Positions 12,786 through 27,239 of a stretch of DNA of 64,000 nt are shown piece after piece. A program made the translations under genes and the position numbers. Below the pieces are notes generated by a model. It was not told the DNA's origin, ran no database searches, and was given only the letters and a program-made list of their open reading frames with translations. Position 1 is the stretch's first letter, and every line of letters starts with the position of its first letter. The stretch comes from Torpedo marmorata (lineage: Eukaryota), in contig OZ360237.1 in assembly GCA_977017645.1 (NCBI GenBank), positions 72,726,001 through 72,790,000 of the forward strand, read 5' to 3'.

Positions 12786-15060
12786 AAAACATAGAACATA
12801 GCCCAGGCCCACCTGTCTGTGTGAACATGATGTCCAAAACAAACTAAAACTCTACTGCTTGCACTTGATAGATATCACTCCATCCCCTTCATATGCATAT
12901 TTCTTTCTTGAAGCCTCTTAAACGCTACTGTTGTATCTGCTCCCACCACTGCCCTGCACTTCACTCTTGAACTTCCTCCCCTTCACCTTAAACACATGTC
13001 CTCTGGAGTGATATGTTTTTACCCTTGGGAAAAGATTCTGACTGTCCACCCTATCAATGCCTCTGTAATCCTCTCTCAGGTCTCCTCTCAGCCTCCTATG
13101 CTCAAGCGACAACAACTCAAGTTTGTTCAGCCTCTCCCCATAAATCACACCCTCTAAACCAGGCAACATTCTTTCCAAAGCTTCCGCATCCCTCCTGTAA
13201 TGGAGCGACCAGAATCCCACACAGCATTCCAAGTACTGCCAAATTAAAGTTTTATATCGCTGCAACATGACTTCCCTCCTTTAATACTCAATACCCTGCC
13301 CAATGAAGCCAAGCATACCATATGCCTTATTTAGCACCCCATCTAGTTCTGTCGTCACTTTCAATGAGTTATAGATATGAATTCCTCCCCCCCCAGATCC
13401 TCTGCACATTAATGCTTTTAAGAGTCCTGCCATGAACTGTATATATTTGACACATCCAGAATAAACTCAATCTGCCATTCTCTTCCTATATATCCTGTTG
13501 TATTCCTTGATTGTCCTCTACACTATCCATAACTCCACCAATCTTTGTATCATCAACTTATTAACCCACCCAACTACATTTTATCTAAGTCATTTACATA
13601 TGTCACAAACAACAGGGATTCCAACACTGAACCCCGTGGAACACCACTGGTCACAGGCTTACATCCCGAAAAACATCCTTCCACCACTACCCTCTGTCTA
13701 CTATGGGGCTAGCCAATTTCATATCCAAACTATCAAATCAGCATAGATCCCATGCATTTGCACCTTCTGAATCAGCCTATCATGAGGGACGCTGTCAAAT
13801 GTCTTACCAAAGTCTATGTATACAACACCAACTGCCATACTCTCCAATCACCTTTGTCACCTCCTCAAAAAACTCAAACTGGTAAGACATGACCTTCCCC
13901 TCATCAAGCCATGTTCACTGTCCCTAATCTGATCATGACTTTCAAACTGTGCATCAATCCTATCCCTAAGTATTCTTTCCAATAGATTTCCTACCATTGA
14001 TGTAAGGTTTACTAGCCTATAATTTCCCAGATTATTCCATTTTTCTCAAATTGAACAAGAGTAAAATATTAGCTACTCTCCAGCCCTCTAAGACATCTCC
14101 TGTTGCTAGTGAAGATGCAAAAATCTTTGTTAAGGCTTTAGCTATCTCTTTGCTTGCCTCTTTAAATAATTAGGATTCATCCCATCAAGCCCAGGGGACT
14201 TAATGTTCCTCAAAATACACAAAGACTTTTTCTTGATCATAAAATGCCCTAACACTTGAACATTGTCCACATTATACTCCATCACTCTTCATCTGATCTC
14301 TATCTGCACTGCAGTAGAGCCCATCATTAGGTCCTCTCTGAGTGCAGCTGTAACACTCTCCCTGATCAGCAGCGCTGCGCCTCCACCTCTTTTACCTCCT
14401 TATATCCCATCTAAACCCAGAAACAATGAGCTGTAATCCTGTCCCTCTTGCAGCCATGTATCCCTAATGACCACAGCATCATAACTCCCAGTACCAATCC
14501 AGACTCCGCCTTATCCACAATACTCCTTGCATTAAAATAAATACATTTCAGCCCCTCAGTCTCACTGTGACCACTCACCTGTCCCTTCCTTTCAGGTTTG
14601 CTTGTGGTAGCATCTGCCATCCCCACAACTCATTCACTTGCTGCCCTGCTGCTCAGGTTCCCATCCTCACCCCTACTACTCTAGTTTAAGCCCTTCCAAA
14701 TAAGCACTAACAAACCTGCCCGCCAGGATATTGGTCCACTTTCAGTTCAGGTGTAACCTGTCTCTCTTGTATGGATCCCACCTTGCATGGAAGAGAGTCC
14801 TATGATCTAAACACCTCAATCCCCCTCTCTTGCATCAACTCATTTTCCACGCATTAAACTGCACTATCTTATTGTTTCTTGCCTCACTCGAATTTGGCAT
14901 GTGTAGTAGTCCTGAGAATACAACCCTGGAAGTTCTCCTTTTTTAAATTACTACCTAGCTCCCTGAACACGTTCTGCAGATTCACCCTTCCTACCTATGT
15001 CATTGGTACCAATATAGACCATGACCTCTGGCTGCTTTCCGTCCCCTCTCAGAATGTCCT
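12786..15060 (-). mobile_element. Decayed CR1-clade LINE (endonuclease, RT and 3' end remnants)
   Basis: ORF 12918-13268 YKTLIWQYLECCVGFWSLHYRRDAEALER...SRGHVFKV (CR1 ORF2 C-terminus) and ORF 14411-14626 LKCIYFNARSIVDK (APE motif I). Confidence 0.8.
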
Positions 15061-16199
15061 TGATAAATTATTAGTGGGCGAAATTGAATGGGTCACCAAT
15101 CATGGTGAGGTGAAAAGACAATGATAAGATAATGCATAATAATCACATTGCACAAAAGAATAAGGAAAATATTGATCAGAGATGTAAATTAAATTATGTA
15201 AATTAAAGGGAACTAAGGAGGTGTTTTAGAAGGAAGTTCCCACCCTCATCAACTTCAGAATGGAGACCATTTATCAGTATAGTCCAAACTGTACTTGATA
15301 TCAATGTTATCGTATCTGCTAGGTTTTATTCTTATTTTAATTTTAATTCTTCTGTTTTTTTATCTGCTGAAAGCAGTGAGGACCATTGTTGGGACAGTGC
15401 TACAGTGGCCTCTCTCTCCTCACTTGCCACACCCCTCCATCCACCTCAGTACCATCATCATCAATTGCTCTTCCCCATCCTATTGATTTGGTCAGTTGAC
15501 CTTTTGCAAAAGCTCGTAAAATTTGCCATGACTTACCAGCAGACTCTTCCCACCCCATCCTGCGATGATATTATGTTTCCTACTTACCCACCACACCAGT
15601 GTCACTCCAATAATTGTAACCTTGGTCTCCAAATTCAACTTCTGCCTGTTTTGTACCTCACTGGAACTTCAGGTGACTAAAACAGAGGATGTGTTAGAAT
15701 ATTTTTAATATGTTCAACATTGAAATTTTCTGACTTTTTTCTATCTCTCCGTCTGTGTTACCTCTGCCTGTAACCTCTCTCCCACTTCTGCAAGTATACA
15801 GGAAAAGCAAAGATGTTGAAAACAACTGGTAAGTTACTAGCTGTCCTAGACTAGCTGTCCTGGTTGTAGAAATGCTCATGTTACTTTTAAATCTGGAGCT
15901 TTGAGTGTTGTGAGTAATGTTGTGAATGGTATCTCTTGCAAACAGCATCAGGTGATTAGCTTAGAGCTGTAGAAACCTTTGAATTTCAATGATCAGAACT
16001 GAGCATACTCTGCTTCTAAGATGAAATTCCAAAGAACGTCTTTTTGTCTAATTTTTCTTTTGTGTGTCATTGTTAAATTCAAATATTGACTGTAGTGAAG
16101 GACACATCAGCAAAGTATTACCCGTAGCAGCGAAGGTCAAGAGTTCTGCTTGCTAAAACAAAAATGCAGCCACGATTAATGAGAGGATTTGGAAAAACA

Positions 16200-17940
16200 G
16201 AGTGATGAGGAATAATGTGGGCCTCTTAAAGGTAGTTAACATAAAATAAGGAAATGGCAGGCAAGTTGAATGATCACTTAATATCTCTATTTATAATAGC
16301 AGAAGAAGAGAGTTCTGGACATCAGAAAGAAATTAATGTAGAATCAGGGAGAGTTACTCTCCAAAATTAACGTAAGCAAAATAATACTAATCAAGAAAGT
16401 AGTGCTGTTAAAAGTTAGTGATTGTTTCCAGCCAATCGTTTTAAAGGAAGTAGTTGAGAAAATTATATATGGGAGGGATAATGATAGGAGGATCTTCTCA
16501 GATTCACTGGTAGTTACCTCTGTAACTGCTGGTACTTTTGACCTTTACTTTGAATGGCCTGTGCTTGGCCACTGTTCCAACTCGCCCTGTTCCATTCACC
16601 CAAGGTTTTCTCTGAACTCCCCATGGATTGCCCACATCAACCACTGTGAAAAGCCTTGCACAAGTTAGACCAAGAGTCAAAAATCATTGATTATTGCCAG
16701 AACTAGGATTGTGAATTTGATTAGCATGAGGGAATTGAATGTTGTTTCAGTTATATTCAGGTCTGATGATCTTTACACTTGGGGGACATTGGATTGTTGT
16801 AGATACTAATGTGGTTTTCCAAAAGACATTTGGCAGTGGTAATCTGGGGACTTTAGCTCATGTTTATGGAACTAAAAGGAAATTATTGACCTGAACCTGT
16901 AAATTGACTAAATGACAGAAAACAGAAAGTAGGAATAACAAGCAAGAACTCAAATACGCAATCACTGAGGTGTCTTGCAAGATTTCTCTGGGAACTTCAT
17001 TTATTTACCATATTAATAAATGATGATGGCGATGAGATAAAAATCTATATTCTAAATTTGCTACTGACAAAGTTGTGACATTCTACATTTTGTAAATTGA
17101 TACATGAAATAACACAGAGCTAAATAATAAATGCAATGAATTGACAAAATTGCAGCAAATGGATGCCATCGTAGTCAAACATCCACATTAAATAAATAGA
17201 AAAAGTAATTTTCTAAATGGTGAAAATCTAGTGAGAGTGAAGGTCCACAGAGACTTGGTAGAATGTTGCAGGGTTGAGGCCATGCACATCGACCATTAAA
17301 ATATCACGCACAAGTACAGAGAATAAGCAAAAGAGCTAGTGAGATGCTGGCCTTTATCTCTTGAGGACTGGAGTTCCAGAAGTCATGAAGCACCAATTCA
17401 TTTCTGTCGATTAGAGGGCAGTTCTGGACCCCACTTACTGGGAGGAACATTGGACATGGAGAAGGTGTATCATAAATTGCTGAATTTATACTTGGAACCC
17501 AAGGATTAAATTATAAAAAGGAATTAAACAAATTACAGTTGCATTCTCTGGAGTTTAGAGCTTATTTGGTCTTCAAGATATTAAGAGGAACTGATGTCAT
17601 GAATGGAGCAAAATCTTTTCTGTTGGTTGGAGATAGGACTAGCACATAATTGTCTATATATTAGAGCCAGGCATTTCAGTGAAGGTTATGTAAAACGCAA
17701 GGGGTTATAGAAGTTGGAATGCTCTTGCACAAATAGCAAAATGTGATAGTTGTTAATTTGAAATGTTATTAATATGATACATTTTTACAAAGAAAAGGGT
17801 TACTATGGAGTTAATATCTGCCAAAACCTGATTGAATAGCACAACTGGCTCAAAGGGTTGAGGAATATAGTTAGATCGACCCAAATCTCATTAAATAGCA
17901 CAGCTGGCTCAAAGGGTGAAATGGCACATTCCTGTTTTCT
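16200..17940 (+). mobile_element. Very old CR1-like LINE remnant
   Basis: Degenerate RT-like stretches (aaatttgctactgac ~ KFADD) and a CR1-type 3' end ggctcaaagggtgaaatggcacattcctgtt. Confidence 0.55.
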
Positions 17941-19208
17941 GACAGTGAGTTTTGCTCAAAATTAGAAAGATTATCATTTGACCAATCAATGCAGACCAAA
18001 ACTGAAGTTATTATTTACCCTTTTGAAACACCTGCTTTTAAAAGAAAATATGGTCTTTCTCTCCTTATTTATTGTCAATATTTCTTTTTGCAAATGTTAG
18101 TCTCCATTTTTTGGTGGTCAATTTTGCATTGCATCGCTTTTATTTAAACCAAAAAACCTTTCCAAAGATAATCACCTGGTTTTGGGTCATATGGACAAAC
18201 TTGTTCCTTTTCAATTAATTTTCATAGCTTCCTCACTTGATAATTGCATATCAATGAAATTACCAGATGCCTTAAATGCTATACACCATTTCTCTGGGAG
18301 ATACCAGGGAGCGCATTAGAATGTAACACAAACTCCACCTGGTAAAAAGGGTGATTCAAAAGAAAGTGGTATTTTTTAAAAGTTTTTTTACTGTAAAAAT
18401 CATCATTCTGTCACTGATCACCAGAGATAGATGTCAATGAGACAATGCTGCATTTTCTCCATTTTCCCTACCCTATCCCATTCTTTTGGACATGAGACTT
18501 TGCAAAATCTAGTAGACCCGGCCCTACTGTCATGAGCTCTTTGACAACTGATCCACCTCTTCCCACCTATGGTCATTAATATATGAAATAATGTTTCCAT
18601 TCCTGCATCAAGCTCCTGTCACTTTGAAAACCTTAATTTGGTTCCTAAATCCACTTCATCTTAATTGCTCACTTGCCAAAGACAGTTTTCCATTAGTGAC
18701 ATATTGTTAGGACAAGTATATTATTAAAAACTTAAGGCATTATTTACTGCAAATATATGGAAAGTGCATTCACTCCTATTAAATTACGGAAAATTCTCAT
18801 GTATTGATAATATTTCTTAATTTGTCTCTCTTCCTTTTATGCTGTCTCATTTCACATTCTGTAATGGTAAGAATCGAATGGATTGAAGTGCAAAAAAAGC
18901 ATTTCCTTCTGGGCAGGTATGAAGAAAATGTTTTTATTCTTTCTTCAATAAGTAATGGTTGTCTTCCTTCCTTTTATCTCCTGTTCTCTCGCTGGTGAAC
19001 AAGTTCGTCAGCATTCTTGGGCTTCCTTTGCTCCACTCTATTCCTTCAGCTCTCCTTCTTCAGGTAATGGCCTCGTTGGATGCAAGCGATTGATTTGGTT
19101 CAAAAAGAAAGTTGTACTTTGCTTAATATTGTTCAATATAAATGCTTCCACAGCTTGGTCAACTGAGAATTGTCTAGCTTAGAGTGGGTGTGGTGTTGCT
19201 ACAATTCT

Positions 19209-20170
19209 TTCTTCTTTCTTTTCCAATCTTTTTATTGATTTTAATATAAACAATGGACGGAGAGAATAAGGATACATGATTGAAAGGATTACAATATACA
19301 ACAATCAGTAAATAAGAATAGTATCTTCATCTCCCCATAATCAAAGAAAATAAAGGAAAGGAAGAAATTCACATTATAGTAAAACCCCCTATACTAATCT
19401 AATAAAGAAAAAAAACAAAAACAAAAACTGGAAAGCCTTGGATCAGCGTTCATCAAACATAAGAAGCCTGATCCTCCTCCAAAAGAGAAGCTTAATGGTA
19501 TCAGGAAGGGACAATAAATCAGAGAAAACGTTAGAAATTATATCATACGAAAATATTGTATGAATGGACGCCAAGTTTCTTCAAATTTAACGGAGGGATC
19601 AAATGTAGCACTTCTAATTTTCTCTAAATTCAAACAGGCCACGGTTTGAGAAAACCATTGAACTATGGTAGGCGGAGTGGGCTCCTTCCATTTAAGAAGA
19701 ATTGCTCTCCTAGCCATCAGGGTGGTAAAAGCTATCATCCGATGAGCAGAAGCCGGACAACGACCAACATCTGCTCCTAAAACTCCAAAAAGAGCAGTTA
19801 AGGAATTTGGTTGTAAATCAATTGCAAGGATTACTGAAAGAGTACCAAAGACATCTTTCCAATATCTTTCCAGAACCGGACAGGACCAAAACATATGGAT
19901 GGGTCAATGAAGTCACTTGCAAATTACACCTATCACAGATAGGATTAAAATTAGGAAAAATATGGGCAAGCTTGTCCTTGGACATATGCGCCCTATGTAC
20001 TACCTTAAATTGAATAAGGGAGTGTCTAGCTCACATTGATGAAGTATTAACCAATTTAAGAATCTTTTCCCACATCTCTGCAGGAAAAGACTTTTGGAGC
20101 TCTTGCTCCCACGCCCTTTTAAATTTTTCAGTCGAGACCGGTCGCAATTTTAATAACATATCATATATGA
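19209..20170 (-). mobile_element. 5'-truncated L1-clade LINE (ORF2 C-terminal zinc-binding region, 3' UTR, tail) with 13-bp TSD
   Basis: Minus strand encodes IQFKVVHRAH...CDRC...H then MFWSCPVLERYW...ARRAILLKWK. It has AATAAA and a GAAA-rich tail. The TSD ttgctacaattct is at 19196-19208 and 20171-20183. Confidence 0.9.
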
Positions 20171-23100
20171 TTGCTACAATTCTCTTTATATTGCACAATT
20201 TAATAACGTGATCGACTTTGATAACTTAGTGCTGAAAGAGGTTCTGATCCTCATTCGGGATAAACAGAGAATGTTCAATTACTTTTTAGTGTCCAACCCT
20301 GCATTGATGATTTCTGCTGATGAATGTGGATCAGTTGGGATTGAAGCTAGTTAGTCCAAGCTAGGGTTCTGTCATCACCTCCTCTCTGATTTGATAAACA
20401 GTAGAATGTTGTATTTATACAGCACCGTGCCTCTTGTTGCCAAGAGACGCAAGAGTTGAAATTGCTCGTTGTAGCAATTGCATGTTGTATTTCAATATTT
20501 GTCTTTACCAAATAGATTTTATATTGCCTTATATTGCAAGAGATTAAGGAGAACACTTTATCCCCAATATCTTATAAAGAATTATTACTGAAAATAATTA
20601 TTAATCATTTAATCCAGTGTTCTATTCTGTTAGAATGGCAATAGAGGAATGCCAGCTGGAATACTGGGAGGATTTGCAGTTCTTTTTCAAATAGTAATGT
20701 GGGATTTGAGCCAGAAACAATGGAATTGTTAGATGGAACCACCAATCACACCCACATCCAAACTCTGTGGCTCCTCTTCACTTAGACGCTGGAATTAAAT
20801 CACACAGAGCAATTTACCCCCAAACTTTCTGACCAAGAGGCTGCAAAGTGAATTGTCTTAACAGAGATTGGGTCATAAAGCATTATTGACATGCTGACAT
20901 TAAAATCTGTGTATTTTTTTTCCATTGGCAATTTCCACCAACATTTCCTGGGAATCTTAGAAGCTTTTATTGAAAAGTAAAAGCAAACAGGTTCACAGAA
21001 AGTGCAGAACTTAAATCATATTCTTTTTATATTCTTGTGCATGATAATTAAATTCAAAGTGATGGAACCATCTTTTGTCTATAACAGGCTTGGGTAAGAA
21101 AATTGCAATTAAAGAAATTTATGAAAGACAAACTTACACTATGTAAGTGCATTCAAAGAACTCAAAGTAAAATGTTGGTCTCAATGAAGTGACTTTAAAA
21201 AAAATCATAATAACAGAAATGTGGCTATGAATTTAGGCATACTATTTATCTATTTGCATTTATTTAGACCTGGACTAATTTAGGAGGCTCTCATTCCTTG
21301 ATCTTAAGCATTGTGAAGTGGAAGGGGGAGGGTGTTAGACATACGTATATTAATGAACAGTCAGGTATTTCAGCAGAGGTTTATCTGAATTGGTACAAAG
21401 ATTTGAGGAGAGTTGGGTGAAAGTGATCCAGTTGTTATCAGAGAGCTGCCCAGAAAAGCATGATGGGTAACCTAAGTTTACCCCAATTCTTTAGAAGTTC
21501 CAAAGACAAATTTCAGGTCTATCTTATAATTACCAAACTGACGTCTACTATTGATGCATCAAACCTCATGCTGCCAAAAAAAGGACACCAGTGATTCTAC
21601 ACACTTAATTACATCATGGAAAGCTGAACAAAAACAAATTATTTTGTTTTTAATTTGCATATCCTTGTATTCAAATCCTTAAAATCCTCCCTGTTCCCTC
21701 CAGGATCCACCACCCACATTCCCCACCACTGCCCATGTATCGTCTGCAACTTAAGGCTCCACAACTCTCAATGATGTCAAAACTTCTCCAATTCTCACTT
21801 CTTAATCATCCTAATTTTAATCTCTCTGCTGTTGGCATCCATGCATTCAGCTGCCTTGTCTCTAACCTTTGGAAACCTTTCTCCAAGCTGTACTGCTATC
21901 GTGTCTCTTCTTCCTGCTCCTCAGAAGCAGTCAAATTGCCCAACTTTTAGGTCCGTCCAGACATCTCTATTATATGTCTACTCATCTGCAAATTTTCTCT
22001 CCAAGTTATTTAAGTATTAATGCTCCTATACTGATTCCTGGGTGTCAACTCATCACTTCTGATATTTTTCACAACCTCCCTCAAAATTTATATTATCTCT
22101 CCATGTGATGTGAACTCCAATTTTCAGCATAGTTCCCTAATTTTATATTACTGATATGGATTTTACTGCAGTTGCCCACTTCTGAAGTGCTGCTGTAACA
22201 CATTTGAAATATACTGAAGGCACGAAAGGTATTGTACAAAAAAAAGTATGCTCAGTCTATGAAAAACAGATCTCATCACCTTTGATTTCTGAAACATGTT
22301 CCTTTCCTTTCTGCCTTCCAAACATTGTTTACAACGCCATTATTTTTATTGTGCCTTGGGTAGCAATTTATCATTAAACTATGCACGTCACATTAAATGT
22401 AATCATGCTGAATCCTTAGATATCTATATTGAAGGTGTTCCACTCACATGCTGGGGATAAATGTATGAGCATATCTGCCCCCTACACCCCACCCTTAGGC
22501 ACAAGAGGGCCGGGGAATGTAAGGATTAAATTGGAAACCCCAACTCCAGCCAATCACTTTAACCACTTGTTGTTTTGAGACATCTGAATATTCAGTTCTG
22601 GTTCAGATAAAATGTAGATTAATAGATAAGTGAATTAATTCAATGAAATGATGGGTCAATGTTGTAATATTCAAATAAGGATCTGTTCACATTTTGGCTG
22701 CAACTTGATTTTTATATGGGTTAAACTTTGGGAAACTTGGCAGTCTGTGGACATGAGTGAAGTAGGCTAGTGCTCTATAAAGAGTAGTCAGTGGAGCAAG
22801 AGGTGTACGGTTGTTTCCTCATGCCTCTGATTGGCTGAACCCACTCCACAATCGAATTCAGTTCACTCTCCTGGCCAGTTCTCATTCCATGTCTGTGCCA
22901 CACCCACTCTCAGCCTCGACCATCCCACCATGGTGCTTCCCGGTTACCCTCAACTTTTCCTTGCTGCATCCAGATGTTGCTGGGTTTCCCATTGGCAGCT
23001 GGTACCTGCTAAGCTGATTGAATCCCTGGTGAAAAATGGAAGCAGAATAATAACGGTATGCTCTGGCATTAAGTTCACCAGGACCTTTGCACTCTGTGCA

Positions 23101-25036
23101 TTTTACCCTCTACCCTCCTCCTCCTGGCCCCTTCCTTCCTCCCTTTCACATCAGGGCTATTGTGTGCGGCATTATAAAACCATGTTGACTCTGACTGAAG
23201 TTTGCTGGTAGATAAAAAGTCTGCAGTAGTTTGGACAGGCACTTCTTTCATATAGCTGATGTTGTCAATTAAAAAGGTGCGGTGGGTTAGACAAATAGTC
23301 CATCAGTTGGTACTGTTCTACCTCTGTTCCATTTAATTGCAGAAATAATCTCCTCTTCACACCTCTTAGTGAAATAAGGATGTCTCTGGATGGAATCCTG
23401 CGGCTTAGCAAACTTAACATGTTTGTGTCTTGAATAAAGATGCAGGTGGAATTGGAAAACCACACACAATAAAAGTGACCCTGACTTTGTTGAAAGGAAT
23501 TTATGAAGATGGTATTAAAAAAACCAATTAGTTGTCTTACACTGGGGTCAGATTGTGCACCCTGTATTTGATTAAGATTTTCTAAGGGAAATGCAAAGAC
23601 CGAGTCAGGGGTATATTCTGACTGCTAGCAAGATGTTATTGGTTTTGTCTTTCTTAGTTTTATTCCTGTGGATATGTTGAGCTGTGCTGTATTAAAATAA
23701 TAACACCTCTCCCTGAAATTCTCCAAGAACATATTTTTTGGCAGGTGGGGGAAAGTAGGGCATTTAGGAGGGCATTTGGAATAAATGTACAACATGCCAC
23801 TTTTGGACTACATTGGATGCTTTGAGGAACTGGCAGCATTTGAACAAGTCAGGAAAAGAAGAGCGATGCGACTTGCTTACAAGCTTACAGTTAAGGCAGT
23901 GGATGTACTTTCTGTGGGTTTAGAAAAGGGATTTTCCCCATTACCACAGCCAGTCTTTACCAGACTAAAAAGTCTTAACTGTGTTTTCCTTTGAACATTG
24001 TTAAGGACGATGTCAGTGAGGTTGTAGAAAGCATTAAGTGCTGGAAAAGTACTCAACTCTCACTTTGATGGGTAGATTTGACTGTGGTGTGGCCTTATGT
24101 AAAACGGTTGATGGTGAACTTGCAGCTTGTTTTGTATCACTACCAACATTTATTTCTATTGAAGTGCCCCATGGGAGGAAGTGAGTTACTTTTCTAGTCT
24201 CCATTTGACTATATATATTTATATAAAGAGATTTAGATTTCCCTTATTGCCATTACCCCAACAGAACCTAATCACACTTATTCTGCAGAAAGAAATCAAC
24301 AAATTCCTCTTCATGGCTCTTCTCTCTTGAGGACACTGGATCATGTTTAGTAGAGTTCCTCGTTTATCTCCAAACTCTGGTGCCCCATCTTTTATATTTC
24401 AGCCAAAGCATAAGCATGGTGTTAAGAACACCACGTCCGAGCTTGATCCTCTCATCTCTTGACTCCCCGATACAGACTACAAAATGATTCTTTTTTGCAT
24501 GAGGGAAAATCGCCAGTTGGAATATAAAGAGACAGCTGATGAACAATTCCCACTTCCACCAGTTCGAAAGTGAAAAATCAACTCCACCTTCTTGCAACGG
24601 GATTTGGGACTAGGAGTTCCCTTTGATTTTTCTTTTCCTGAGCTGAATTATTACTTGCCCCTTTTAACCTCCAGTTTTCCCATCTGTCTGTGCAAGTGAA
24701 AACACTTTGGTTCACCCAATAAGAATATAACCTGCCCCATTTGGTATGACCCAGTGTAGTTCTGATATTCACCAATATAAAGTAGGAAACGTGATGCAAT
24801 TTGTGGACAGAAAATGTTTGAAATCTGTTTTTGAAATGTTGGGCCTGAAGGCTAAATATGGTTAACTTCCCTATTCTGTTATAATATAGTGTCACTTGGA
24901 AGAGTATATAGAGCACACGTATAATGTCTCATCCAAATGTATGTACTGGAGTCTCTAGAGTTAAACACCTTTTTCATTTAGGGATGGAGTTCTATCCACG
25001 ATGTCATAAATGACATATATTTATTTTAGGTTCATA

Positions 25037-26804
25037 CAGTAAAATCCCCATTATCGGGCAGTTACGGGGATCGTGGAAGCCAGAAATGCGAATTTTCCGG
25101 TTGACTGAGACTCTCTCTTCCAATGCCTAAATAATACACCTGAATTAAGAATACATTATTTAAAAGACAAAAGACAGTGCAAAATATAAAGTAATTTGAA
25201 AAAAAAAAATCAGTATTGTAGTCTTTAATTTTGTAAAGTTCACTTTAATCAAGTAATTCCCGTAACTTACAAAATTTTAATTTTTAATTCGAAACCCGGT
25301 CGCTGGCCCTGTAACAGTGTTGCGCTAACCACTGTGATAACTGTGCTGTCATCATAATTAACACCTTCCCCCAAGTTTACAGATAAAGCCTTACTAATAT
25401 ACTTAATATTAATAAAAATAAAGACTCTTACTAGGCAGGGATAGGGAGACACTTTGTGAGAGTCGCCCCAGCGGAGAGCGGCATCGGCCGGCTCTTCATC
25501 CTGAGCACCGCCATTTCATTCCAACGCAACTTTATTGAAACTTTAATCAAATAGCTGCTGCGGGCAGGGCATGACCGGGGCGCTCCGCTGGCTGAATGTT
25601 TGCTCCCATCTTCACCAAGGCAACCCGGCTCACCTCCACACAAGAGTCCCGGTCAGGCCCTCGGCTCACCTTCCTCGCACTGACAACCAGACTCACCTCC
25701 ACACAAGAGTCCCGGTCAGGCCCTCGGCCCACCTTCCTCGCGCTGACAACCCGGCTCACCTACACACAAGAGTCCCGGTCAGGCCCTCGGCCCACCTTCC
25801 TTGCACTGACAACCCGGCTCACCTCCACACAAGAGTCCCGGTCAGGCCCTCGGCCCACCTTCCTCGCACTGACAACCCGACTGACCTCCACGCAAGTGTC
25901 CTGGTCAGGCCCTCGGCCCACCTTCCTTGCACTGACAACCAGACTCAACTCCACACAAGAGTCCCGGTCAGGCCCTCGGCTCACCTTCCTCGCGCTGACA
26001 ACCCGGCTCACCTCCACACAAGAGTCCCGGTCAGGCCCTCGGCTCACCTTCCTCGCACTGACAACCCGGCTCACCTCCACACAAGAGTCCCGGTCAGGCC
26101 CTCGGCTCACCTTCCTCGCACTGACAACCCGGCTCACCTCCACACAAGAGTCCCGGTCAGGCCCTCGGCCCACCTTCCTCGCGCTGACAACCCGGCTCAC
26201 CTCCACACAAGAGTCCCGGTCAGGCCCTCGGCCCACCTTCCTCACGCTGACAACCCGGCTCACCTCCACACAAGAGTCCCGGGCAGGCCCTCGGCCCACC
26301 TTCCTCATGCTGACAACCCGGCTCACCTCCACACAAGAGTCCCGGTCAGGCCCTCGGCTCACCTTCCTCACGCTGACAACCCGGCTCACCTCCACACAAG
26401 AGTCCCGGTCAGGCCCTCGGCCCACCTTCCTCACGCTGACAACCCGGCTCACCTCCACACAAGAGTCCCGGTCAGGCCCTCGGCTCACCTTCCTCACGCT
26501 GACAACCCGGCTCACCTCCACACAAGAGTCCCGGTCAGGCCCTCGGCCCACCTTCCTCACGCTGACAACCCGGCTCACCTCCACACAAGTGGCGACAGCG
26601 AAAAGAATGCGTGCGCATTGAGGGGCATTGCTAGTTCAGCGAGGCAAACCTGCGCGTGGCCAACAAAGGGACAGTGCTCCCCCACGGGGTCCATCCGCCC
26701 AGTCTTATACATTCAATTTATTTATTTATTTATTTCCTCAAATTTTTTTGTCGGTTGTTTGAGTTTTCGGTTGATTGAATTCCGGATAATGGGGATTTCA
26801 CCTG
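25037..26804. mobile_element. Non-autonomous pogo/Tigger-like (Tc1/mariner) element containing a 63-bp minisatellite
   Basis: Left end ta|CAGTAAAATCCCCATTATCGGG; right end CCGGATAATGGGGATTTCACCTG is an imperfect inverted match. TA flanks only the left end. Confidence 0.7.
25621..26588. repeat. 63-bp GC-rich minisatellite, ~15 copies
   Basis: Unit acaacccggctcacctccacacaagagtcccggtcaggccctcggc(c/t)caccttcctc(g/a)c(a/g)ctg; gives a 21-aa periodicity in the ORF track. Confidence 0.97.
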
Positions 26805-27239
26805 GGTGTCATATAGCATGAAGCTGCTGCCTCAATGCTCTTGTGACCTGGATTCAATCCTGGTCTCCAGTGTGTGGAGCCATGCAACCACATGGATTTT
26901 CTCCAAATGTTCAAGCTTCCTGTCACATCCCAAAGTTGTATAGACCGTAAATTGTCTCCAGTGTGCAGGTGAGTGATAGAATGAGGGGGAGTGGAGGCTT
27001 GATGGGAAGGTGGCATGTAAAATGGGATTGGAGCGCATGGGTAAATCATGGACAGACACCGTGATTGAAGTAAAAACACAATGCTGGAGAAACTCCACAG
27101 GTCAAGCAGTTAGAGTACATGGGTGTTTGTTGATGAGGACTCGATGGGCTTGAGGGCTTTTTTCATGTGCTATATTGTTTTATAACTAAATTCTGCACAT
27201 GGGGAATAACGTAGCTTTCCAATCAAGGTGAACCATATA

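Noticed and set aside
25621-26588. CRISPR-like array
   Set aside because: The units are contiguous tandem copies with no unique spacers, in a vertebrate intron.
25571-26821. 416-aa, 341-aa and 274-aa ORFs as a repeat-protein gene
   Set aside because: They are read-throughs of a 63-bp (3n) tandem unit inside a TIR element, open on both strands, with no recognisable domain.
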